A stretch of 64,000 nucleotides of DNA from Schizochytrium sp. TIO01 (Eukaryota; Protista; Bigyra: Labyrinthulomycetes): the NCBI GenBank assembly GCA_004764695.1, contig SMSO01000036.1:248001-312000 (forward strand), read 5' to 3'. The notes under the pieces were generated by a model, which worked only from the letters and a program-made list of their open reading frames with translations, made no database searches and was not told the DNA's origin. Shown one piece after another: positions 21,986-34,100 of the stretch (position 1 is its first letter; the number at the start of each line of letters is the position of its first letter). The position numbers and the translations under genes were made by a program.

Positions 21986-22660
21986 ATGGTAGAGGCTCAC
22001 AGAGCATGGGCAAGTTTTGTGGCACTTGCATGCGTTCTTGCTCAGTTGCAAAGCGCTCACGCTCATAAACCTGATAAAGCATACGCCGAGAATTCTGAAA
22101 CAAGCGAAACCTGCCCGACTGGTTTTGTTTTTCTTGAGTGTGGAACTGCATGTCCAGTAACATGTTCAAACTATGGTGACGTGGCTGATATTTGCATCAA
22201 AATGTGTATCTCAGGGTGCTTTTGCCCTCCTGGTATGATTCATGATGAAGCTGCTTCAACTTGCGTTGAGGACGTGCCTTTATGCTCGACTACCAGTGAA
22301 TCAGTACTTGTACAGGATTACGTTGATCGCGATACTTCAGAGGAGGACACAAGCTCCCACCGTCGGCTGGTGGTGCCTAGCTCTGTATTTTATTCTCTGT
22401 TAAGTTTGGGTATCATGGCTCTATTTTGTTTGACAGTCTACGCATTTTACCGCTGCCGTACTCGCTCCTACGAAGTGGCACGCGTTGAGGAGGCCAACGC
22501 CGAGGAACAAGACGAAAGATCTTCACGCATTTCGATTGTGGAGGGGCGGCGAGCAAATAAATCGGTTGCTCCTGAGACTCCTGAGGCCAGCGTAATTGAA
22601 TCCCCTGAATCCGACACAGGAGACGTTGCAGTTGCTGCTAAAGTTTTGACCCTTGTTTAA
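21986..22660 (+). CDS. Single-pass type I membrane protein with a TIL (trypsin-inhibitor-like, 10-Cys) domain
   Basis: Signal peptide (WASFVALACVLAQLQSAHA); CPTGFVFLECGTACPVTCSNYGDVADICIKMCISGCFCPPGMIHDEAASTCVEDVPLC has the TIL cysteine spacing; TM segment VFYSLLSLGIMALFCLTVYAFY followed by RCRTR. Confidence 0.85.
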   Translation: MVEAHRAWASFVALACVLAQLQSAHAHKPDKAYAENSETSETCPTGFVFLECGTACPVTCSNYGDVADICIKMCISGCFCPPGMIHDEAASTCVEDVPLCSTTSESVLVQDYVDRDTSEEDTSSHRRLVVPSSVFYSLLSLGIMALFCLTVYAFYRCRTRSYEVARVEEANAEEQDERSSRISIVEGRRANKSVAPETPEASVIESPESDTGDVAVAAKVLTLV

Positions 22661-23451
22661 TCAACCAATTCAGTAAATTAAACCTTTCGTACATTTGTTG
22701 GTTTCATGTCAGTACGATGTCGCTCGCTCGGACTTATTTGAACGTGAAAAAACGGCATTTGAATCCATTGCACTTCATAAGATTCGAGGATATTTTGTTC
22801 CGCTTGATGTTCTGGACAAAAGGCCCACCTCGTTCTGTGTACTAAACTCTGTCTCCTTGGCACTTGTTAGTTTATTCGCTTGTTGCTTTCGTCTCTCTAA
22901 ATGTCTTTAGACGCACACTTGAACATCACATTGGTATTGAACACAGTTTTGCTCGTATATTTATTTAAGCAAAGCAGAAATGACGCTCTTTGAGTTGTTG
23001 ATGCTGAACCAAGTTTCTCACAATGCCTGCACTTATGCACGAAGTTTAGTATTCACGGTGCTGGGGCTGGGTTTGTCTTTTAATTTTAATTTAAAACATC
23101 TTTAAGAAAGTGTCTTCTCGGTTTTCAGCACCCTAGCAAAAGATACACAACTTTGGTTGCTAGTTCTAAATTTAAAAAAAAAAGGCTCGTGAATGCAAGG
23201 CCTAATGTGCAGGGGGGCGCGCAGAGACACTGTCACGCGTAAATAGTGATTGAAAAGCTGAAGAGCATGTTGCTATTTAGTTGTTCTTAGAAAAAAAGAT
23301 TTCATTTTATTTGTGTATATATGGAGTCAAATGCTGTCTTCATCAGAATACTCACCAAACAAAACAATTAACGGGAGATTGGAAAACACAGTATGGTTGC
23401 AATTGCGTACGGAAATGAAGAGACGAAGTCTTTGCTGTAAAGCTGAGAAAT

Positions 23452-26292
23452 TTACTCGTTGCAAGTAGGCTGAGGAGTGGGGGATGGAGTTGGGGCAGTA
23501 GGCATCGGAGTCGGTGCCTCAGTGGCCAGAACTGCGCTTTTACCCGTGGTGTCGCTGGAGCTGGGGCCAACGGTGCAAGTGTGAGTGCCATTGGTAGCAA
23601 AGTTGAGGGTATAGACGTCGCCGCTCACAGTCGCACTATCAGCACCACTGTACACAGAGGTCGAACCAAGACCAGAAGGCAAAGTCACTTCGACTGCACC
23701 AACACCAGTGACCGTAAATGTAACATCCGAGGTAGTGGAAGCAGAAACTGACTCGAGCACCATGCGCTGTGCAAGCTTCGTCACACGGGCCGGAAGAGAT
23801 GTACTGTTGGTATCGGACATCGTAAACACGAAGGTTCCTCCGTTGCGCGGGAGAAAGATGCGCTCAGAGGTGAATGCAGGCCAGTTCTCAACAGCTGAGA
23901 AAACCTGAGTTCCGTCTTGGATTGCAGAAAGGGCCATTGTTCCGAGCATAGAGCCACTAGACGTGACAGAGGCAGAGTAGTTGTTAGAGCCCAGGTCAGT
24001 GACAGCAACAGAAAGGTGACGGAAAGTACGAATACGGTCATTAAGCTCCATACCAGTGACAAATTCAGCGTTCATGTTGTAAGCCTTGGCAATAACGGGC
24101 TCAATGAGATCAGTGGGGTACATACCAGTGTCAAAAGTAAGGCTGTCATCGTTCCAGTCAGTAAGACCATAGTCATGAACAGGGAAATGCATGATGGCTA
24201 GCTTGGCATTTTCAGTCTGGTTAGCAATCTGCTCGAACCAGAAGGCCTTGAGCTCATCAGAGGTCCACTTGAGGAACTCAATGCCAGTGAAGTCGAAGTA
24301 CATGTTAGGAGCAATGTACACCATTTCACTCTCAGTATCGATGTAACCGTAGCAACCGGGGTAGCCAGCACCAACACCTGCATAACCACCAGAGAAATAG
24401 GTGGTATTGAAGTAGGGCTCAAGTTTCAGAAGGGTATCGAGATCCTCCGTGGCTCCAGGTTGGGCAGCTGCGAGGCGTGACAAGGACATATTGCCCATAG
24501 TGTACTGCTTAGCAAGTTCGAACTCATACCAGAGATCATAGTCAGAGAGAAGATTGATGTTCTCCGGGTGGGTGAAAGAGTGGGTACCAATCTCGCTAAA
24601 GTAGTCAATGTACTCCTGGTAAAGTGGTTGCATGATAGTCCAGTCGGTGTACTCGTACTCGTCAGTGTCATTACCAAGGTTGATGTAGAAGGAACCAACG
24701 AAGCTGTAGTTGCCATACCATGGCTTGATAATACGATCGAGAACACCAGGCTCAATAAGGATAGCTTGATCCTCATACTGACTCTGATCCATATCTGTGC
24801 GCATAGCGAACAGAAGGTCTTGTCGAGAAAGCTGAACGCCAACAGTGAGGCCATCAGGGACGGTTGCCCATTCAAGAGCACGCCAGATCAAATCGCGGTT
24901 GAACGCCAGCTCAAGCGTGGAAAAGTGGACTGAGCGGCCACTAACCTTGCCGAAAATGTTGTTATCCCAACGAGTGGCAATGATTGCATTGAATGTGCCA
25001 GTTGTACCGTCGACCATTTCGAGGTATTGAGTAGAGACGACAGTCACATTCATGGAGGTCAAAGGGTCTGCAATGTACATATTACAGTAGGTACCAGCGT
25101 TGGATTCGTCCATAATAAGCTCGCCAACAGTCTTATCACGGAAAATTGAGAGCTCGTTATCAGCCACATAGACGTAAGTCTTGTTGGTCTGTGCGTAGAC
25201 AGGGTCATCGTTCCTAATACCAAGAACCATGGGCATGGTGAAGTACGGGTCGCCAGCTACGGGGTCCTTAGTAGAGACAGTGTTCGTGGCAAAGTCTCCA
25301 ACAGTGACAATGCTGACCTTGTAGTAGTGCACGAGGGTGACAAGAGCCTTGCGAATCGCGAAAAGTTCATCTTCCTCCACCCAAGCCATATAAGGAATGA
25401 CGACTGCCTTGTAGCGGCAAGATGATGACACATCAAGGAGGTCAGTGAGCGTGATTCGATCATATGCAAGACCAGTCTGCATAATTTGACCTTGGGCAGA
25501 CAGAAACAATTGGCGATAGGCCTTATCCTGGAAAAAGTTTGTCTGAGTGTCCAACGAGAAAAGAACGGCGACGTGATTTTGGTCGTACGCGCAGTCAGCC
25601 TGAGCAAGAAAGTTCTTGTATACTGGCTGAAAGTTCAAGAGGTAGAGCGGGGCATTGCTTGAGATATACACATCTCCAGAAAAACTTGCCGAGGAATAGG
25701 AAATCGCAACATTGAGATCACCAGACGAATCTACAGGAATGCTTGCAGCTGTAAGGTTGGCTACAGGAAGCTTCAATTCAATGACGCCAGCATCTGTGCT
25801 ATTGAGAGGGTCAGACTCAGGGCCGTATGTGATCATTACAGCATCGAGATCAGCGATTTTGGTGGCGCAACCCTCTCCAACATTCAAGCAACCAGTGTAC
25901 AAAGCAGCACTTGAGAGTCGAGGAATAGTTGAATAATCTGTAGCCACGTAAATGTAAGCATCAATACCTGTTGGATAAGTGTTTGTATCGTTGCTGAGTG
26001 GTGTGTAGGTCGTGTTGCGGCTCAAGTCAGTATCGAGCATAATGTAACCAGTGCGGAGATAGGGTGCTGAGGTTGACTGCAGTGGCTTAACCATAAAATA
26101 CCACGCATCTTCATCAGACTTATACTGCGAGTAAAGCTCGGTGTATGTAGATATGTCAGAATCTTGGTAAAATGCAGGCAGCACGCGAAGAGACGCATTC
26201 CAGTCGCTCAGGTCGCCATCGATGGTCTGGCCATGCGCAATACCAAGGACGAGAGTGGCAGCAGCTAGAACTCGGGATATCATGGTAGTCAT
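23452..26292 (-). CDS. Secreted polysaccharide deacetylase-like protein (NodB/CE4 superfamily, PelA/Agd3-like architecture), copy A
   Basis: Likely start MTTMISRVLAAATLVLGIAHG (signal peptide) at 26292 (or 26283), giving ~946 aa. Motifs: TIDGDLSDW, FAMRTDMDQS, EIGTHSFTHP (HxxxHP metal motif), AAQPG, PVHDYG, and a C-terminal Pro/Thr tail. The track's extension to 26487 looks like 5' UTR. Confidence 0.75.
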   Translation of the reverse strand: MTTMISRVLAAATLVLGIAHGQTIDGDLSDWNASLRVLPAFYQDSDISTYTELYSQYKSDEDAWYFMVKPLQSTSAPYLRTGYIMLDTDLSRNTTYTPLSNDTNTYPTGIDAYIYVATDYSTIPRLSSAALYTGCLNVGEGCATKIADLDAVMITYGPESDPLNSTDAGVIELKLPVANLTAASIPVDSSGDLNVAISYSSASFSGDVYISSNAPLYLLNFQPVYKNFLAQADCAYDQNHVAVLFSLDTQTNFFQDKAYRQLFLSAQGQIMQTGLAYDRITLTDLLDVSSSCRYKAVVIPYMAWVEEDELFAIRKALVTLVHYYKVSIVTVGDFATNTVSTKDPVAGDPYFTMPMVLGIRNDDPVYAQTNKTYVYVADNELSIFRDKTVGELIMDESNAGTYCNMYIADPLTSMNVTVVSTQYLEMVDGTTGTFNAIIATRWDNNIFGKVSGRSVHFSTLELAFNRDLIWRALEWATVPDGLTVGVQLSRQDLLFAMRTDMDQSQYEDQAILIEPGVLDRIIKPWYGNYSFVGSFYINLGNDTDEYEYTDWTIMQPLYQEYIDYFSEIGTHSFTHPENINLLSDYDLWYEFELAKQYTMGNMSLSRLAAAQPGATEDLDTLLKLEPYFNTTYFSGGYAGVGAGYPGCYGYIDTESEMVYIAPNMYFDFTGIEFLKWTSDELKAFWFEQIANQTENAKLAIMHFPVHDYGLTDWNDDSLTFDTGMYPTDLIEPVIAKAYNMNAEFVTGMELNDRIRTFRHLSVAVTDLGSNNYSASVTSSGSMLGTMALSAIQDGTQVFSAVENWPAFTSERIFLPRNGGTFVFTMSDTNSTSLPARVTKLAQRMVLESVSASTTSDVTFTVTGVGAVEVTLPSGLGSTSVYSGADSATVSGDVYTLNFATNGTHTCTVGPSSSDTTGKSAVLATEAPTPMPTAPTPSPTPQPTCNE

Positions 26293-29200
26293 CCTTCTAC
26301 AAGTGGCAAGTCGTGCTCCTTTCGTCGTTACCACAACAACCGGAATAAGAGAGACCCAGGAGGTGGGCAGCTCTTGTGCCAGCCTACCTGCTCGTCTGAC
26401 CGTTCCGGGTTTGCCGTGCCTCGGGATGGAGGAGGCAGGTGTTTTCGATTTGCTTGACCAATTTCTCTGCCTGCGCCTCCATGCCAAGTATTTTGCAGAT
26501 CAAGTCCCTACCAAGCCCAACTTTTACTGCTGCAAGTGCTGCACGCGCTTCCTTTTTCCGCCGCACTTTTCCATTTCACTTTTAATTTTTTAAATATTTT
26601 CCACACTCCAGTCTTTTTTTTTTCTTTTTTTTTTTTTTAAGAATTTACTTTCACTTTTCCTCAAATATGAATATTAATAACTTATTTAAAAAAATATATT
26701 AAAAAAAAGCTAGATTATGTAAAGATGGGTTTTACATTTGCTACTTGCTACTTTTAATGCATGGGTCTCGAAGGAATTACTTCGCCACATCTCAATGTAC
26801 CTTACTTTATATATTGTCTTAAGAGTAGGGTTTTAGTTTCTTCTTGTGAAAAAATGTAAGTAGTCTATATACACCCTGAATAATATTTTTTACATTCAAA
26901 TAAAAAAATAATCTCTCTTTCACTCCTGGCTCTTTCCAGAGATCAAAGACAAAAAATACAATGAAAATAGTAAGACCACGAACTTCAACCCGCAAGAATA
27001 TCGCCATTCAGGCTGAAACACCTATGTCTCAGGGAAACCCTGAGAAGCCAAATAAGCATATGTAAACTTAAATCAGCCCACAGAGATGAATGTTCAAGGT
27101 ATATGCATGCCTGCATCTCATTGAATAGAGTGGAGCATGCTCTCTCATGTGCGCTCCCTTCACTTTATCTTTAAATATTAGAAATATAGATGTAGTGATG
27201 AGGATAACAATAACAATACAAATAATAAAAAAATTCACTCAAACCCTAAATAATAGAAAACAATGTATGCAATGATGAATGTTTTAATTTTGTTTTAAAT
27301 TTAACGTTTTAAAGTTGACTGAAAAGACGCGCTCTTTCTACTCCTGAAATCAACCATACAATCACTACTACTAACAGTGAGTCGTGGACGCTCACTGCAC
27401 GTCGTCGAGTCGCGATGAAGTCGTGGCCTCACGTTTCTTTGCGACCGGGATGTTGCTCCTGGCAAGCCTTGCATTGCGTCAATGGCAGCATGAGGTACAG
27501 GGAATAAGCGTGCATGGGTAACTTGTGGCGGTGGAGATGGCTTTGGAGGACGAAGGTGGACACGGAAGGACTCAGGAAACGAGCGAGAGACACACAATCG
27601 AACGGACCAAACACAGTTCCTGCCATTAGGTAAAGTTGTTCTTTCAAGCCATTACAAGAGGACTCGGGCTTGAATCGATCTTCGCAGAGAACCGTGACAG
27701 ACAGACGAAGACGGACGAGCTTGGCAATCAAGCAATCAAGCAATATATCAATGATTGCGAATTATTAGAGTTAGACACTTTGAAAACAATGCTCTTTGAA
27801 GCTTCAGTTTTTTTTGTTTGTTTTTTTAATTAAAAAATATTATTATATTTAAAAAAAAATAAAAAAAAAGTTGAACAAACGAAAATGAAATCAAATCAAC
27901 AGAAACATAAACAATGATAATAAATTGGCCGTTGTTGATGTCAGAGTTCAAATAATTCCGATTATGAAGAAACCAACCTCGTTTTCTGGAGTCGAATATA
28001 AGCCCCTTCTTCGCCAGTTGATGTAAGTTAGAGAGACTAATTTATAAATTTCCATGTTTTTGTGTTTTATTTTTGTTGTTGCACGAGAACGAAGGTAGAA
28101 GCCCACTTTTTATCTATCACACTACCATACTCAGTGCCACCGCAAGTTCAAATTGAGCATCTCAAAACTGCGGAGTAGTCACTGCTGCCAATCGCCGCCT
28201 GTGTTTCATATCCATGCGACGAGTCTGAAGGGCTCGGGCGACATGACGATCGTCACATTACGAGTCAGTACTTGCTGCTCATCTTGCCGCGACGCATCAA
28301 CTACCAGGAATATGCCCACGTTGAATGGAGAAATTATTCATGGCCCTCCAACGAAGTAAAGCCATCGCGCGTCTTCTATGTTCTGAATGCACGTCTTGGG
28401 CAACGCCTTCAAGACATCGCCCCGTGATTTTGTCTTCAATTTGGAAAGGCAGTGCAGAGAAATCAAAAAGCAACTTCCTGCTCGTGACCGTGGATGGCAA
28501 TGAAAAAAATAACCACATTAAGGAAGCAAACCATTAAAAACGAAAGGCGTCAAACGCCATGAACCACTGGATCAATTTAGGCATGCATCATGGTGTTCCA
28601 CGCTTTCTGCTACACTCGCGGAGGAAGCGGAGCTGATGAACAAAGGAGGACTCACAAAGCTAATGTGCTGATTGTTGAACAACGACTTGCTTGAACATTG
28701 CTCAAAGCTTGGACCTTTGGTTGGCTGACTCACCTTGGCTTTGGAAGCAACTGTCAATGTTCCTCATATATCATCACCCGGCATTCTAGGTCACCATTCT
28801 AATTGACTTTCGCTCGTGTACGTCTGCAGAAAGGGCATGACAAGCAGCATATCTCAAAGGAGATTGAAATACCCGATACTCGAGAATCCTACAAATTCAA
28901 ATGCCGTTTCATTCCACCTACTACCTACAGAACACCATTATATGTTCACGTGATTCTGCTTTTCTAACTTAGGAAAGTGCATAAGGAAAGTTGCAAGTAT
29001 ATGTGGGTGAGTTGATTTATCATATTTACGCCCTACCATACATATTTTTATTTGAAAAGATGTTTTTTTACTAACTAAGGATCAATATCATTAGCCTCGT
29101 TATTTACTCTCTTTTTTTTTTTCTTTTTTTTTTTTTTCAAATCAAACTTTTGTTAATAATGGTGATTATATCGTAAAAATGATATAAAACATACAAATCC

Positions 29201-30401
29201 TCTTATTCTCTTTTGTCTTTCTCTTTCTAGCAACAGTACATCTGATTAAAGTGGGCTCTATGTATTGAGCCCACCACATTCTTCCTCTCTCGAATCAGGC
29301 GATGAGAGCCAACCTTCAACTCTTTGTTATTCTTCTGTCACATAATTTTGAGTAACACTGAAAGTGCCGTGCAAGTGCTGCTGCAAGTGCCTACCCTGAC
29401 AGTTAGTGCATGCACGTGCTGCGGGTATCCCCTCCAGGCTTAATTCTCACTTAGCTGATATGTTTGTCCAAGAACAGCGACAAACCTCGATCTTCATCAT
29501 CTTAATGTGTGGCGGGTACTGAAACAACTACGAACGTGCCCTGAGACAGGCTTCGCTCAGAGTATGAATAAATAATATATGTTGTATTCGTTTTTTAATC
29601 ATACCTATCATAGTTCCTAAAAATAACTTTCTTTTCTTTTCTTTTTGTTTCCCTGTTCTTGTCTCGTCAAGCAAGTGTACCAGTGTTTTCTTTCGCATCG
29701 GTTTTACTCCCTTGCCTTAAGCTCGTGAAGAAGAAACCTGAACCTGGGAACAGTAACTTTTAGTACTTAACAACATTTTGAAGACTAGAAAACTAAAAAC
29801 GTCTGGCTAGCAAGCTCGCAGTTATCTCCGCTGCTGAGCAAGATTATCTTCATTACCCTGTTGATAAATCACTTGCAAATGGGTAAAATTCAAGGCAGTC
29901 GAGCGACAATTACAAAGACCGCCAAGTATAAGCAAATAGAAGAACAAAGGGGCTGAGCAACCTTCAATGCAATGACCTAGAGCTCGAGATGCACGGCCCT
30001 GCGAGTATCGGCAGCAGCCTGTCATGTTTCTTCCTCAGCGGGAGGGTGCGTCGGTGATTGGCCAAGGAGTACATTCTAGATCACATTTGTGCTCATAGGC
30101 AAGCAGGGAGTTATTGTTATCTTCCCTACTTCTAAGAGCACCTCAGGTTCCAAGCCTGCGGACAATGTGCACCCACAGGTCCATCACCATGATACATTTT
30201 AGGGGCGCGCGCAACACCTATATGAGCCATTTCTAACTTACTCTAAGTAGCAAGGGAAGCGCGGAACTTAGAATCAGCATGAATTCCAAGGGGCGTACGC
30301 AATAAATGACAACTTTTCATAAGGGACTTTTCTTCTTGCAATTTTTCTTCGAGTTGAGGAGGCTTGCCACTACCAGTAATGAGCAAATATTCTTTCTCCT
30401 G

Positions 30402-30453
30402 GGTAGGCAGCATATAAGTGTGCTTGGTAGGCAGCATATAAGTATGCTTGGTA
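30402..30453. repeat. 24 bp tandem duplication (GGTAGGCAGCATATAAGTRTGCTT)2
   Basis: Units at 30402-30425 and 30426-30449 with one mismatch. Confidence 0.9.
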
Positions 30454-31038
30454 CAACGTTGATATGAACTAACAAAGCTGCTGCTACGTCCCAATGTACG
30501 ATAGTCAGCCTTGTTACATATGTTTGTGATGCAAGTCTTCGATCTTTTGATGAAAGTCTGCGTGTGGAGGTGAGGAACCCTATCACATCATCGACATGAG
30601 TGTTCCGTCAAGCAGGTTGTCAGGCGCGTCTTTTGTGTTTTGTGCTGGTTTTGCGAGTCGCTGAGTATTATACCCTACCAACAATCAATGGTATAGCTGC
30701 AGCGTCGTTCAACAACAATTTCGACCGTCAAGTGAAATTGAAATTAAATTAAACTAAATCCATTTTCTATTTCTATTTATGAGTAATAATATAAATAACA
30801 AAAATTTAAATGAATAGAATGTAGTAGCTGCATATATCATTTTCTTCCTGGCCTGTAATTTGTTATGATCAAAGAAAAAATACTACAATACTATTGTATT
30901 TATAATTTTTTGAAGTCTGGAAACAATGAAAAAAATAAAACTTTCTTTTTCTAGCTAGAGTTAAAAAGGGGTTGAATGAAGTAGAGTTATCCTTACAAAA
31001 GAACTAGAAGAAAAGAAAGAGAGAGAGAAAAAAAGAGC

Positions 31039-31198
31039 GAAGGTTATTTGCCTGTCATCGGATGGGTGTGTACATACCCACAGCTTAATTGAGTGTGGCG
31101 TTCTCGACGTGCCACGTCCGTCTTTCGGACCTTGCCTAAGGTGCGGGAAGGGAACCCGCTATGCCTTCTGGTCAACTGATGGCTAAAGTAAACCTTTT
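31039..31198 (+). ncRNA. Candidate structured non-coding RNA (multi-hairpin, or degenerate HDV-like ribozyme fold)
   Basis: Dense short helices: TGGGTGT/ATACCCA, GTGGC/GCCAC, GTCCG/CGGAC, ACCTT/AAGGT, GCGGG/CCCGC. Closing helices GTCATCGG/CTGATGGC and AAGGTT/AACCTT. G-U pairs favour the + strand, and the element ends in TTTT. No known family recognised. Confidence 0.35.
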
Positions 31199-34100
31199 AC
31201 AGAGCAAGAGCCTTGAGCCTCTAAAAAACGAAATAGATTATTTGAGCTACAGACCTCGAGGCTGGGTTCAGGAAACAACTTGACAAGAAGACGGAATTGC
31301 TGAAAAAATAGACCGATGTAAAATAACAACACATACATAGCTAGACTAGCTCAGCCGTTGCGGGAACTAGGAACTGGTACTATTTCTTACTCAAACCTCC
31401 AGCTGCCAAGTTCCCACAGAGTTTCAGGAGCTTCTTTGGTTTCGATTTGTTTGGTAATCTTTATCCTTCTTTCTCTGCCATCGAACATTCTTCAAAAGAA
31501 AGTAAATATGCAAAGGTAAAATATGATATCTCGCCTCACACTATTGCAACGCATTTTGCAAGCCTTAAACTCAACAATTTGGCTACGAAACGTTAAGATA
31601 TCGGCGACATTGATAAGCCATTCATGTGCTCAGCCACGAGGGCTTTGTCCATCATGCTCTTTTCCAACAAGAATAAACCTTGAGGAGCAATTCTGAGTTT
31701 ACAGCCATGATAAGCAAATGTTGAGCTTTATGCCGGATTGGAGTCGAGACACGCAAAAGGACAGGATCAAATGAGTGCTTGTCCCGACCGCTTAAAAAAA
31801 ATCATGCATTTAATATGGCTTCTCTCAATATTTCTTAGATCTTATCTTGCAACCAAATGAATCAAATATGTACAACATGAGTTTATCAAAAGGGAGTGTT
31901 GACTTATTTGCAATTTGTGCGAAATGATTTAATTTTTTTACTTTTGATAAGGGACAACTGGCCTAGAGTGTGCCTGATAAAATAAGTTGGAGATATTTCG
32001 AGGATAATGAATATCTCCATTGTTTTCTGCGCGGTATGTATTGTCAAAAATATGTGTAATTAAATCACTACCACTACTCAAATTCTACTTCATTGGTACT
32101 TCAAATGTTCCTTGTCATAAATTGTGTCGACAATCTATGATTCACATGATCCTTACCTTAATATAAATATTCTTTTTTACTAAGCGACAATGAACAAAGT
32201 TTCAAAACTGAACTTGTTTAAATTCCCGCTCTTGATTTGCCACGACCCTGGAAAGGAATATTTTACCTCAACCTCTTTTTGCAAACCACGAAGGCGTTAC
32301 CTACCAGAACCAGCTGGACTGACCAAGTTTAAAACACTTTACTTTCATTACCTCCTTCAAAGATTTCTCTATTATATACATTATCTATCTGCTAATGGCA
32401 GAGGACGATTGAGGATCACATTACAAGGTTGCTATCAAACAACCTTGCAATACTTATGAAATGACAGCCTCTTAACGTGGTTCTATGAATTATACCATTA
32501 TGAGTCATTCCTGGCAAAGACGAACCCGGAAGAAGGTATCAAACGTTTAGTAGTATGATTCTGGTTAATTCGTTTAGCCTACTACTACTGCAAAAAGCAA
32601 AACCAAAAAGCATGTTCCCCATTCAAAGATCCAACAAACAAATTAATGATTGCATATGGCTGACGAAGTCGAAAGCCACACAACACATTGTTCTTGACTG
32701 GTAAGCGAGACTAGGCTAGTACTAGTGCTCGACATAGAGTCCGAAGCTAGGAAGCAGCACGTGCGAAAATCAAACGAGCCATACTATTCTACTATTGAAT
32801 ACCCACCCTGCCGCCGTTTACTTGAGCCTTGCTGGAAGTCATGTCGCATATCATTAATGCGCCATCAACTACGTGGATCTCTCGTCTATTACCATTCCAA
32901 AAATGCAGTGGTGTGAGGGTGTGCGATGCTATCCGCGCGGGACACCGGCGTTATGATTCCGTAACTCAGCTTCCGGACTACAAGGACCCTCATTTGTCCC
33001 AGCCTTTACGTTAAGTTCGCAACAACTGACAATTAAGTTTGGCGCTGAGTCGCTAGCTCTCCTGCCATGGGGCTCCTCAATCAGTCAATACTCAGGGGTT
33101 TTCGATATATACTGCTGGCGAAACTATTTTCATGCTCCGTGCTTCAAGCTCATTTGACGAAAAAAAACTCTCAACTTGAAGCACCTTTGAAACTCTTTCG
33201 TCCACTATCAAACTGGTCCCAAGTCTGAAAATCACACACCGCCATCTAAAATGTCTAATTGTCATCTAAGAGTAGAAGCATTCATATGCCTCAGTAGAAA
33301 GGTAGCTAGGTAGGTACCTATCTCGATGCGTGAATATAAGTGCGATGTAATATTCTTAAAAACTAAATTTTACTGAGTACTTTCAACTTGGGCAGTGGAC
33401 ACCTTTAAAATAGGGTCCGGAGCGCCACCGAAAGACTCGGAAAGACTCGCATGCCTGCTGTTAGTACGTACCTAAAGGCGAACATGGAACGCGATGACGG
33501 CAGGAGGCCGTAGTAAGACCTTGTAGCAGCTGGATATCGCTGTTTGTCTATGGAGGTATTGGACAAAGGGCCCGCCGGAGCTGAAAGCATCTTTCCAGCG
33601 GCACGTTTGCAGCAAAAGAACACAAAGCTGACGTAGAATTTGCGTGGAAGGAGAGGACCTGCTCACTTTTTCGTGTGAAGTCCAAAATATCACACCTTTA
33701 ACGAGAGTCCAGTTGTTATCGCACTGCAAGCATTTGCGTAAACACTTACATAGAGCCTATTTGTCATTATTTGTAGTGTTGAAATGTTAAAAAATAAATT
33801 AAAATACTGCCTACTAAAAAATAATATATATGTTATTTTTATTAAATGAAAACAAGAATTTAATTTAAAAATAAATAAATAGTAAGGATCGTGTCAGCAC
33901 GGTACCCATTGTCAAGGAAATATATGTGGAGATTGCACCGTGTAGCATGAAGGTATTGTGATCGCGCACGCGACGATAGTGAAGTGATTTTCTCCATTGT
34001 ATCGGCCTTAAAGTACAGCGACACTCCCACCTTATGCCAATCTGGCTTTCGACAAAATAGAAAATCCACTTTTGGTGTTTACTTATCAGTCCTTGTATCC

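Noticed and set aside
26293-26487. 65 aa N-terminal extension of deacetylase A in the ORF track
   Set aside because: It uses a non-ATG start and would bury a clear signal peptide, so I treated it as 5' UTR.
27440-27530. LLLASLALRQWQHEVQG resembling the Ty3/gypsy RNase H motif
   Set aside because: No upstream ELLA or downstream TDH motif, a stop follows immediately, and there are no LTRs.
30402-30453. 24 bp repeats as a CRISPR-like array
   Set aside because: Only two adjacent units, no spacers, eukaryotic context.
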